Virus record (IMG/VR): IMGVR_UViG_3300029822_000027
Location: 1 to 40,037 of that record
From: a virus
Lineage: Duplodnaviria; Caudoviricetes
Length of the DNA: 40,037 nucleotides
Strand: one strand, 5' to 3'
Below are positions 26,136-33,972 of this stretch, one piece after another (positions within the stretch are counted from its first letter, which is position 1; each line of letters opens with the position of its first letter). The position numbers and the translations under genes are program-made. The notes under the pieces were generated by a model. The model saw only the letters and a program-made list of their open reading frames with translations. It was not told the origin of the DNA and did no database searches.

Positions 26136-27869
26136 GTGGCCCTCTCGACCGAGCACCTCCGCGCCAACTACGAATCGCTCAAGGCGGGCCGCTCGAACGT
26201 CGAGCAGGTGTGGGCCGAGATCGAGAAGTTCATCGGGCCCTTCGGCTCGGGCCGCTTCGCGGGCGATGCCGGTGGGGAGGGCGCAGTCGACTGGGAGCGC
26301 TCGGAGGTCTGGGATTCTACGGCCATCGTCGGCAGTGAGAAGCTCGCCGCGAACATCCACGGTGGGGTCACACACCCCAGCGTGCGTTGGTTCCGGCTCG
26401 AGTGGGATGACGCGGATCTCAAGCGCGACAAGGATGCAGTTGAGCACCTCGAGAGGGTCTCGGATGAGATCTACGCGCAGCTCCAGGCCTCGGACTTCAA
26501 CGCCGAGGTCGGCTCCTGCTACCTCGATTTCACCCGGCTCGGAAACTTCGTGCTCTGCTGTGAGGTTGCGAAGGAGAAGGAGCGCTGGGATGGCCTCGAC
26601 TTCACTGCGATCCCCCTGCGGGATGCCTACTTCGAGCTCTCGCCGCGTGGGCACGTAACGCGCTTCTTTCAGCGGCTCAATTGGACCCCGCGGCAGATCG
26701 TCGACCGATTCGGCGAGGGGGGCGTGCCCGAGCACATCCGCCTGAAAGCAGAGCAGCCGAGCGCAACCGAGCCGATCGAGGTGGTCTTCGCGGTCTTCGA
26801 GCGCCGGGAATTCCTGGGCACCGGCTTCGAACCGGATGGCAAGCCAAAGGTGCTCGCCCCCGAGCGCAGGCCGATCGGCTTCCGGTACTTCCTGGCCGGA
26901 AGCGCTGAGCAGCTCGGCGAAGATGGTGGGTACTACCGGATGCCGGTCTTCGCCGGCGGCTGGCAGCGTGCGGCCGGCTCTCAGTGGGCGTATGGGCCTG
27001 GGCACCTTGCCCTGCCTGCCGTGAGGTTACTCAACTCGCTGTGTGAGGCCGACCACGGATCGAGTTCCAAGGCGGTCGACCCGCCATCGCTCGTTGACGA
27101 GCGCGGCCTGCTTACGGACCTCGACCTGCGCCCCGGTGGGATGACCGTGGTGCGCGACGTAGAGAAGAGTATCCGGGTGCTCGATACCGGCTATCGGCCC
27201 GACATCGCCGACCGGAAGATCTTCGACCTGCGCAACGAGATCCGCGCCTTCTTCCACGTCGACGAATTGCAGCTCAAAGACTCGCCAGCGATGACGGCCA
27301 CTGAGGCGCAGATCCGTTACGAGTTGATGAACCGGCTGCTCGGTGGAACCCTTGCGCGCCTGCAGTCCGAAGTGCTCGACATGCTGGTGATGCTCGTCTA
27401 TGAGACCCTGCTGCGGGAAGGTTTGCTGCCCGAAGTGCCGGCAAGCGTCAAGCAGAAGGCGCAGCGCGGCGGGGGATCGCTCAAGGTCAACTATCTGGGG
27501 CCGCTCTCGCGCGCCCAGCGCACCGACGAGGTGGCGGCCATCGAGCGCGGTGCCTCTTTCGTGGCGGCCCTCACGAAGATGGGCTTGATCACCCCGGAGC
27601 AGGCGCAGGACAGCTTCGACCCCGACAGCTCGATTCGCGAGGTGTTCCGGCTCCTCGGCGCGCCGGCGAACATCTTGAGATCCGAGCGCGAGCGCGACAA
27701 CCGGCGCAAGGCGCGGGTTGAGGCCGAGAGCCGCGCGATGCAGGCCGAGGTTGCCCGCGCCGAGGGCGAGGCGCTCGAGCAGCAGGCGATGGGTGCCCAG
27801 GCCGCGGGGCTGCCCGTACCCGCGTCACCCCCGCCGGTCATCGCCCCGACGCTCGGGGGTGGGCAGTGA
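26136..27869 (+). CDS. Portal protein (T7 gp8-like head-tail connector family)
   Basis: WDSTA..LAANI..WF, YGPG, MTATE..R, YLGPLSRAQ; follows TerL. Confidence 0.92.
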   Translation: MALSTEHLRANYESLKAGRSNVEQVWAEIEKFIGPFGSGRFAGDAGGEGAVDWERSEVWDSTAIVGSEKLAANIHGGVTHPSVRWFRLEWDDADLKRDKDAVEHLERVSDEIYAQLQASDFNAEVGSCYLDFTRLGNFVLCCEVAKEKERWDGLDFTAIPLRDAYFELSPRGHVTRFFQRLNWTPRQIVDRFGEGGVPEHIRLKAEQPSATEPIEVVFAVFERREFLGTGFEPDGKPKVLAPERRPIGFRYFLAGSAEQLGEDGGYYRMPVFAGGWQRAAGSQWAYGPGHLALPAVRLLNSLCEADHGSSSKAVDPPSLVDERGLLTDLDLRPGGMTVVRDVEKSIRVLDTGYRPDIADRKIFDLRNEIRAFFHVDELQLKDSPAMTATEAQIRYELMNRLLGGTLARLQSEVLDMLVMLVYETLLREGLLPEVPASVKQKAQRGGGSLKVNYLGPLSRAQRTDEVAAIERGASFVAALTKMGLITPEQAQDSFDPDSSIREVFRLLGAPANILRSERERDNRRKARVEAESRAMQAEVARAEGEALEQQAMGAQAAGLPVPASPPPVIAPTLGGGQ

Positions 27870-28099
27870 GCCGCGCTCGCGAGGAGCTTCGGCGCAGGCT
27901 CGCCGAGCGCAACGCAGGGGCCGTTCGCGTGCTCAACACGCCTGACGGCAAGGATCTCGTCGAGGCGCTCGAGCGCGCCTTCATTTTCGGCGATCTGCTC
28001 GGGGAGACCCCCGAGCAAACCGCCTTCAACCTCGGGGCGCGCGAGGTCGCGCTATGGCTGCGCGGGCTCCGAGCTCTCGGACAGGAGGGTGCGGATTGA
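27866..28099 (+). CDS. Small conserved post-portal protein (Bbp19-like)
   Basis: TPDGKDLVEAL..TAFNLGAREVALWL; GTGA overlap with the portal stop. Confidence 0.75.
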   Translation: MSRAREELRRRLAERNAGAVRVLNTPDGKDLVEALERAFIFGDLLGETPEQTAFNLGAREVALWLRGLRALGQEGAD

Positions 28100-28995
28100 A
28101 TACCAGGACAGGCAGGGCAGGGTTTCTCGGCAGCAGGCTTACTCGCGTTCTCGCCCCCGACGGTGACCCCGGCGCGGGCGGCTCCGATTGGCGCAGCAGC
28201 ATCCCTGAAGACCTCCGCAAGGCAGAGGCGCTCGCCGACGTCAAGGACGTCGCGACGCTGGCGAAGAACTACGTCGAGACGAAGGCCTTCGTGGGGCAGA
28301 GCCTGCGCATCCCCGGGCCCGAGGCGGGCCCCGAGGCGAAGAAGGCCTTTCTGGAGAAGCTGCACGCGAAGGTGCCCAACGTCGTCTACATGCCCGAGAC
28401 CGACGAAGAGAAGAGCGCCGTCGAGGCGCAGCTCTGGCAGAAGCTCGGGCGCCCGGCCGACGCGAAGGGCTACTCGCTCGAAGGCGTGGACCTCGGCGGG
28501 GTCGAGCTCGACGTCGCGGGGCTCGCGCAGACCGCGGCCGAGATGGGCTTGACGAAGAGCCAATTCGTCGAGCTCGCGAAGCGCCAGGCCGCGGCGCAGG
28601 CCGCCCACGCGAAGGCGCTCGAGACGAACCGCAGCGAGACCAAGAAGGCCTGGGGCGCGGCCTACGACTCGAAGATCTCGACCATCGCCGACATCGCCGC
28701 GAAGCTCGACACCCCGGCCGAGACCATCAATGCGATCAAGGCGGGCGAGCTGCCGCTCGCACAGCTCAAGGTCTGGGATAAGGTCGTCGAGGCTGTCGGC
28801 GGCCAGGGGCGCGCCGCGGGCGACCACGGGCGGGGAGACTCCGGGGCGATCACTCCCGACGAGGCGCGCGAGCGCATCGCGGAGATCCAGGGCAACCCCG
28901 CCTACTGGAACCGCGGGGCGAACGCGGACCTGCACGAGGTACTCAAGGCGAAGATGCTGAAGTACCAAGGGATGCTCGCCGATCTCGAGGACTAG
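28096..28995 (+). CDS. Capsid scaffolding protein
   Basis: DW..SIPEDLR, LAKNY, KLGRP..Y, K.WG.AYD; TTG start with SD AGGAGG. Confidence 0.8.
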   Translation: MNTRTGRAGFLGSRLTRVLAPDGDPGAGGSDWRSSIPEDLRKAEALADVKDVATLAKNYVETKAFVGQSLRIPGPEAGPEAKKAFLEKLHAKVPNVVYMPETDEEKSAVEAQLWQKLGRPADAKGYSLEGVDLGGVELDVAGLAQTAAEMGLTKSQFVELAKRQAAAQAAHAKALETNRSETKKAWGAAYDSKISTIADIAAKLDTPAETINAIKAGELPLAQLKVWDKVVEAVGGQGRAAGDHGRGDSGAITPDEARERIAEIQGNPAYWNRGANADLHEVLKAKMLKYQGMLADLED

Positions 28996-29013
28996 GCCAG
29001 GCCGGGAGGGGTC

Positions 29014-29541
29014 ATGGTCGCGCGCTGGGAACCGAAGCCCATCACCGAAGTGAACGCCCCCGGGGAGCGATCCCCGGAGGCACTTGTGCAGGTGCTCGAA
29101 GCCCTGGGCGTGGAAACCGATCCGCGCTACCGGGCCGAGGGCCCGCGCACGTGGTGCAACATCGCCAACTGGGATGCAACCCGGGCCCTGGGATGCGAGG
29201 TTCCGCACTGGATCGGACTCGACGGCGCGCCGGCGAAGGTGGGCATGGGGCGCGAGCTCAACGCGAACGGCTCAATCCTCTGGCTGCGCGCGATGGGCCC
29301 CCGCTATGGCTGGCGCAAGGCGCCTGAGCACCTCGCCCGCGTGCTGGCTGGCGAGGGCAAGCCGGTGATAGTCGCGTGGGAGAACAAGGCCGGCGGCTCA
29401 GGCCACGTGGCGATGCTGCTGCCGCCCGCAGGGCCCGGCGCTGCCCTCGAGATCTGGCAGGCCGGGAAGACCAACTTTCGACGGGCGCCCCTCGTGCGCG
29501 GCTTCGGCCCGCGTCCGGTCGAATTCTTCGCGCACGACTAG
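29014..29541 (+). CDS. Putative endolysin, papain/CHAP-like cysteine peptidase
   Basis: TWCNI (Cys), GSGHVAML (His) and WQAG; followed by holin-like genes. Confidence 0.6.
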   Translation: MVARWEPKPITEVNAPGERSPEALVQVLEALGVETDPRYRAEGPRTWCNIANWDATRALGCEVPHWIGLDGAPAKVGMGRELNANGSILWLRAMGPRYGWRKAPEHLARVLAGEGKPVIVAWENKAGGSGHVAMLLPPAGPGAALEIWQAGKTNFRRAPLVRGFGPRPVEFFAHD

Positions 29542-29547
29542 GAGGCG

Positions 29548-30000
29548 ATGATGTCCGAAGTGATCACTTCCATCCTGCTCGCGTTCATCACGGCCCTCGT
29601 GCCCGTGGTGGGCATTGTCCTGAAGACCCTGGGGCAGAAGGCGGCCGAGCTCATCCAAGCCAAGGTGGACAATCAGACCGCCGAGGCGGCTTTGCTGCGC
29701 CTGACTGCTGCCGTGACCGATGCGGTCGGCGATGTCTATCAGGCCGAGGCCGGGGCCCTTAAGGAAGCGGCAGCCGATGGCAAGCTGACGCAAGAGGAAA
29801 AGGACCGGCTCAAGCAGATCGCGATTGACCACGCGAAGAGCTACCTGGGTAAGAAGGGCATCGCCATGCTGCTTGAGGTGCTCGGGTTCACCAGCGAGAA
29901 AGACCTCGACAAGGTCATCGCTGGCAAGGTCGACAAGGTGATCTACGACGCCAAGCGCGCCGGCTCGAATCGCATCGACCAGACCACGGCGGCCCTCTAA
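29548..30000 (+). CDS. Putative holin-like membrane protein
   Basis: N-terminal TM helix followed by a helical soluble part (EEKDRLKQIAIDHAKSYL), resembling LL-H-type holins. Confidence 0.55.
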   Translation: MMSEVITSILLAFITALVPVVGIVLKTLGQKAAELIQAKVDNQTAEAALLRLTAAVTDAVGDVYQAEAGALKEAAADGKLTQEEKDRLKQIAIDHAKSYLGKKGIAMLLEVLGFTSEKDLDKVIAGKVDKVIYDAKRAGSNRIDQTTAAL

Positions 30001-30023
30001 TCCAAGGGCAGGAAGGGGCCGCC

Positions 30024-30254
30024 ATGTGTGAAAACCCGGTATGCGCCCGTCGGTTCGACGAATCGGAGCGCCGGCTCGAGAAGCTCGAGAAAGACGACTG
30101 GCGCAAGGAGATCGGCGAGCTGCGCTCGGTGATCTTCGACCTCAAGGCGAGCCTGGCGAACCTCAACGGTCGGATGGTCGGATACCTCGCCGCGGCGGCC
30201 ATCCTCGCCAGCGTGCTTTCTGGCGTGGCTCAGTACGTGTTGCGCGTCAAGTAG
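30024..30254 (+). CDS. Small coiled-coil protein with C-terminal TM helix (lysis accessory-like)
   Basis: ERRLEKLE coiled coil followed by GYLAAAAILASVLSGVAQYVL. Confidence 0.6.
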   Translation: MCENPVCARRFDESERRLEKLEKDDWRKEIGELRSVIFDLKASLANLNGRMVGYLAAAAILASVLSGVAQYVLRVK

Positions 30255-30275
30255 AGATTGCCGTAGACTGTGCAG

Positions 30276-30427
30276 TGTCGGGAGGGGAACTACCGGCAAA
30301 CCGGCTCCCCTCCCACAAGCCCTCAGCGGCGGGCTCAAAGCCGCAAGCCATAGCGGGCCCGGCTCCCCGGACTACTCGCGGCGCGAATCGGACTTTCTTC
30401 CTTTTCGCCCGCTCGAGCGGGCAGGAG
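30276..30427 (+). promoter_or_regulatory. Structured leader of the major capsid gene (candidate cis-regulatory RNA)
   Basis: Two hairpins with ACUA/C internal loops, an H-type pseudoknot between them, and a 16-bp palindrome abutting SD AGGAG. Confidence 0.55.
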
Positions 30428-30435
30428 CCAAGCAG

Positions 30436-31302
30436 ATGGCGATCACGATTACCAAGGCCTACATCAAGACGTTCGAGAGCAACCTTCGGCACCTCGCGCA
30501 GCAGTCGCAGTCCCGGCTGCGGCAGTTCGTGACCGAGAAGGCCAAGGGCACCTCGAGCGACGCCTTCCCGCGCCTGGGTGCGCAGAGCATGACGGCGAAG
30601 AGCTCGGCCCGCACGGCGACCCCCGAGAACGACTCGGTCTGGTCCAACCGCGTCGCGACCCCGGCGACCTACCACGGGGGCGACACGGTCGAGCCCGAGA
30701 ACGTCGTGCAGATGCTCGTCGACCCGAGCTCGAACATCGCGCACGCGCTCGCGATGGCTGCGCGCCGGCAGGTCGACGACATCATCATCGCCGCGGCCGG
30801 CGGCAACGCGGCCGACGAGGCGGGCAACGCGAACGCCTTCCCGGCGGGGCAGACGGTCGGCGGGGCGACGCAGGATTTCGATTTCGACTTCGTCACGCAG
30901 GTGGCCGAGAAGTTCCTCAACAACGACATTGACCCCGACGTGCCGAAGGTCTTCGTCGTCTCGCCCAACTGCGTCAAGAAGATGCTCGCGATGACGCAGG
31001 CGACCTCGAACGACTACGTCAACGCCAAGGCGCTCGCCTCGACCGGCTTCGTCAACAGCTGGATGGGCTTCACCTGGGTGGTCTCCACCCGCCTGCCGCT
31101 GGCCGTCGACGCGACGCTGCAGCGGTACTGCTACGCCTTCACGAAGCAGGCGCTCGGCCTGCTCGTGGTCAAGGACATCTGGGCCCGCGTCGCCGAAGAC
31201 CCCACGAAGAGCTTCATGTGGCGGATCTACACCGCGATGACGATGGGCGCGGTGCGCGTCGAGGACGAGCACATCGTCCGGGCGCACATCCTCGAGAGCT
31301 AA
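30436..31302 (+). CDS. Major capsid protein
   Basis: AQQSQSRLR, DDIIIAAA, SNDYVN.KAL..G.V.SWMGFTW, TMGAVRVEDE; strongly biased codon usage. Confidence 0.9.
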   Translation: MAITITKAYIKTFESNLRHLAQQSQSRLRQFVTEKAKGTSSDAFPRLGAQSMTAKSSARTATPENDSVWSNRVATPATYHGGDTVEPENVVQMLVDPSSNIAHALAMAARRQVDDIIIAAAGGNAADEAGNANAFPAGQTVGGATQDFDFDFVTQVAEKFLNNDIDPDVPKVFVVSPNCVKKMLAMTQATSNDYVNAKALASTGFVNSWMGFTWVVSTRLPLAVDATLQRYCYAFTKQALGLLVVKDIWARVAEDPTKSFMWRIYTAMTMGAVRVEDEHIVRAHILES

Positions 31303-31350
31303 CCGCCGGGCGGCCCTCCGTGATCCTCCGGGGCCGCACGCCGGTTTGCC

Positions 31351-31386
31351 TGGAGACTCCCGGGCCCTGTCCCCCGGGAGTCTCCA
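31351..31386. other. Perfect 14-bp hairpin downstream of the capsid gene
   Basis: TGGAGACTCCCGGG/CCCGGGAGTCTCCA; no U tract, so possibly an mRNA-stabilising or processing stem. Confidence 0.65.
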
Positions 31387-31414
31387 ACTACTACCAGGAC
31401 ACGAGGCCCAACCG

Positions 31415-31660
31415 ATGCGGGACTACCTGATCATGCTGGATGACGTGAAGGCGCGCACCCTCGCCGAGCAGGGCGCGAGCGCCGAGGAGATTACCGAGGC
31501 GCTCGTCAAGGGTGGCGTGGATGCCCGCAAGGCGAAGAGCGCAGCGGTGGCATACCTCGAGGCCGCCAAGAAGGGCAAGAAGCCCGAGGCGAAGACGCCC
31601 AAGGCGCCCAAGGGCAAAGCCGATGGCGAGGGCGAGAAGGCCGCCGACCCGCTTGCCTAG
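31415..31660 (+). CDS. Small Lys/Ala-rich protein
   Basis: ATG 31415 with SD GAGG; MRDYLIMLDD..KKGKKPEAKTPK. Confidence 0.7.
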   Translation: MRDYLIMLDDVKARTLAEQGASAEEITEALVKGGVDARKAKSAAVAYLEAAKKGKKPEAKTPKAPKGKADGEGEKAADPLA

Positions 31661-31687
31661 TCAACCCCTGCCGGATAGAGGCGCACC

Positions 31688-32434
31688 GTGAACAACGTCG
31701 AGATCTGCAATCTGGCCCTGAGCTGGCTTGGCGAGCCGCAGATCACGGCGCTGACCGATGCGACCCCGGCCGCCCGGCTGTGCAACGCGCTGTTCGCTTC
31801 GACGCTCCGGGCCCTTCTCGCCGAACGGGAATGGTCCCGGGCGATCGCCTGGCAGGTGCTCACCCCCGAGGCCGAGGCGCCGGGAAACCCGCGCTTCGAG
31901 CAGCAGTTTGTCGTGCCCGCCGGAACCCTGCGCGTGCTCGAAGTGGTGGCGCTTGATGAGGTGCCCGCCGGGGCTTCGGATCCGGTGGGCCCGGTCGTCG
32001 GTTTCGGGGGCGGGTTCGCTGCGCTCCTCGAGGCGGACACCGACGTTGCCGCCGGCCCCATCGAATTCACCGGCACCGAGTATGACGATGGGACGGGCTA
32101 CAGCGCGGATGCCGGGCGCTACACCGTTGGCCGATCCGGCCGCTGGCGGGTCTCGGCGCAGGTCGAAGTCGCCGGGCTCACCCCGAGTGATTCGGTGCGC
32201 GTCGACATCTACCGCAACGGCACGCTCGCCCTGCGGGGGACGCTCGGGGCTCCGGTGGTCGACGACGAGGCGGACACCAGTTATTCGGCCGGCTCACGTT
32301 GCGAGGCGGTTCTGCTGCTGGAGTCTGGCGACTACCTCGAAGCGCGACTCGCTGCGCAGACCGACGCTCCGGTGATCACCCTGCGTGCCGGGGGCACGCG
32401 GTTTGAGGCGCAGCTGCTGGCGCTCGTGGGATAA
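31688..32434 (+). CDS. N-terminal half of tail tubular protein A (adaptor) fused to a C1q-like domain
   Basis: VEICNLALSWLG..AARLC..W..A..LRVLEV, then IEFTGTEYDDG.GY..GRYTV.RSGRWRVSAQV..IYRNG..LLLESGDYLE..TRFEAQLL. Confidence 0.75.
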   Translation: MNNVEICNLALSWLGEPQITALTDATPAARLCNALFASTLRALLAEREWSRAIAWQVLTPEAEAPGNPRFEQQFVVPAGTLRVLEVVALDEVPAGASDPVGPVVGFGGGFAALLEADTDVAAGPIEFTGTEYDDGTGYSADAGRYTVGRSGRWRVSAQVEVAGLTPSDSVRVDIYRNGTLALRGTLGAPVVDDEADTSYSAGSRCEAVLLLESGDYLEARLAAQTDAPVITLRAGGTRFEAQLLALVG

Positions 32435-32436
32435 CT

Positions 32437-33642
32437 ATGAAGAAGCTCGGAATTATCCTCTTTTTGGTCTGCTCGGCGGTTGCGGCTTTCGTGCTGACAC
32501 CCGCAGCGGTCGAGGCTTGGCCCTCGGTGTTCTTGCGGTCGAGGTCGCCTACCGGGGCCTACTCGGTGAGCGAAGCGACCGGCACCGCGAGTGCCTGGCA
32601 ATTCGACGCGACGAACGCGGCGCACGAGGGGGCGCTCGCGACCTTCGAGCGCGACGGCACGGCGCGGGCGGCAATCGAGCAGGATGGCGCGGTGAGGGTC
32701 GGCTCGGTGGCGTCGGTCGATCTGCGCTCGGGCTGCTCTAGCGGTGAGCTCGTCTGGGACTCCACTACCGCCCGGCTCAAGCTGTGCGTGGATGGGGCGT
32801 GGGTGTCGCTGCCGCAGTACGCGGCGAGCGGGCTTCAAGTCGTCAATGGCACGGTCACCTGCTCGACGGCAGGCCCGGGGCAGATCGGCTGTCTGACTGC
32901 GGCTGCACAGACGATCGCCGGGGCGAAAACCTTCTCCGACCCGATCACCGGCGACCTAATCGGCAACGCTGACACCGCGACTGCGCTCGCCTCGGCGCCG
33001 ACGACATGCTCGGCGGGGCAGTACGCGACCGGCATTGACACGAGCGGGAACGCTCAGGGCTGCACGGCCGAGACTGACACTCTGGCCGCACTGAGCTGCA
33101 ATAACAATGAGTTCGCGCAGCGCGGGGTATCCGCCTGGGTGTGCGGAGCGACGGCGCCCAAGGCGACCGAGCTCGAGAAGAACGGCACCAACTGCAACGC
33201 GGGGTACTACGCCCGCGGGGTGAGCGCGACTGGGGCGGCCGAGTCGTGTTCGGCGGACCTCAACACGACCTACACCGCGGCCTCGCCGCTCGGGCTGTCG
33301 GGCACAAAGTTTCAACTCTCGGCTTGTGCCGATGGGGAGCATCTCGTCTACCGGGGCACGGCCTGGGCGTGCGAGCCGGCCGGCGGGCAATTCGTCGGAG
33401 TCTGCAAGCCCAGCGTATCGGCATTGGCCGCCCCCGCGTGCGAAACGAAGTCGTGCTCGGCCACAGGATTGACCGCCGGCCACCTGATCCTGGCGACGCT
33501 CCAGGAGGCGACCGACGATCTGGCGCTCGTGCGCGCCTGGTCTGGCACCGATGCAGTAAACCTTCGGTTTTGTAGTCGCCGGCTCGACGGGTCGACGACG
33601 GCGCAAGACCCCAAGGTCTTTTGGTCCGCGCACAACGAATAG
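32437..33642 (+). CDS. Cys-rich tail-fibre-like protein with signal peptide
   Basis: MKKLGIILFLVCSAVAAFVLTPAAVEA|W; fibre motifs QTIAGAKTF and GNADTATAL; repeated C.AG.YA.G....G....C; about 17 Cys. Confidence 0.75.
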   Translation: MKKLGIILFLVCSAVAAFVLTPAAVEAWPSVFLRSRSPTGAYSVSEATGTASAWQFDATNAAHEGALATFERDGTARAAIEQDGAVRVGSVASVDLRSGCSSGELVWDSTTARLKLCVDGAWVSLPQYAASGLQVVNGTVTCSTAGPGQIGCLTAAAQTIAGAKTFSDPITGDLIGNADTATALASAPTTCSAGQYATGIDTSGNAQGCTAETDTLAALSCNNNEFAQRGVSAWVCGATAPKATELEKNGTNCNAGYYARGVSATGAAESCSADLNTTYTAASPLGLSGTKFQLSACADGEHLVYRGTAWACEPAGGQFVGVCKPSVSALAAPACETKSCSATGLTAGHLILATLQEATDDLALVRAWSGTDAVNLRFCSRRLDGSTTAQDPKVFWSAHNE

Positions 33643-33651
33643 GGAGCAGCG

Positions 33652-33972
33652 ATGGCGGGCTCGACCACTGACTGGGTGCTGGAGGGCGACCGGATCTTGA
33701 CCAGCGGCGCGGCCGCGGTAGCCGTGCGCTCGCTCGTGCCCGTCAATGCCGAGGATCTGCCCGAATACATGGCGCAGGCCCTCGCCGCTCGAATCGCGAG
33801 CGCGCTCGCCATTCCACTGACCGAAAACCGCGCGCTGCAGGCCGACTACTGGGGGCTCTATCAGCAGCTCCTGCGCGAAGCCGCGGCGCTCGACGGGCTG
33901 CAGGGACGGACCCGGCCACTCAACTCCACTGCGTTCGGCTACGTCGCCGCTGCGGGCCGGGGGAGGCGCTAG
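33652..33972 (+). CDS. C-terminal half of tail tubular protein A (adaptor)
   Basis: WVLEGDRILT..AQALAARIASALAIPLTEN..Y...L.EA..LDG.QG; own SD GGGAG and ATG. Confidence 0.75.
   Translation: MAGSTTDWVLEGDRILTSGAAAVAVRSLVPVNAEDLPEYMAQALAARIASALAIPLTENRALQADYWGLYQQLLREAAALDGLQGRTRPLNSTAFGYVAAAGRGRR

Noticed and set aside
31945-33651. Self-splicing intron, intein or IS explaining the split adaptor
   Set aside because: No homing endonuclease, transposase, intein termini or convincing terminal repeats, and the downstream half has its own SD and ATG.
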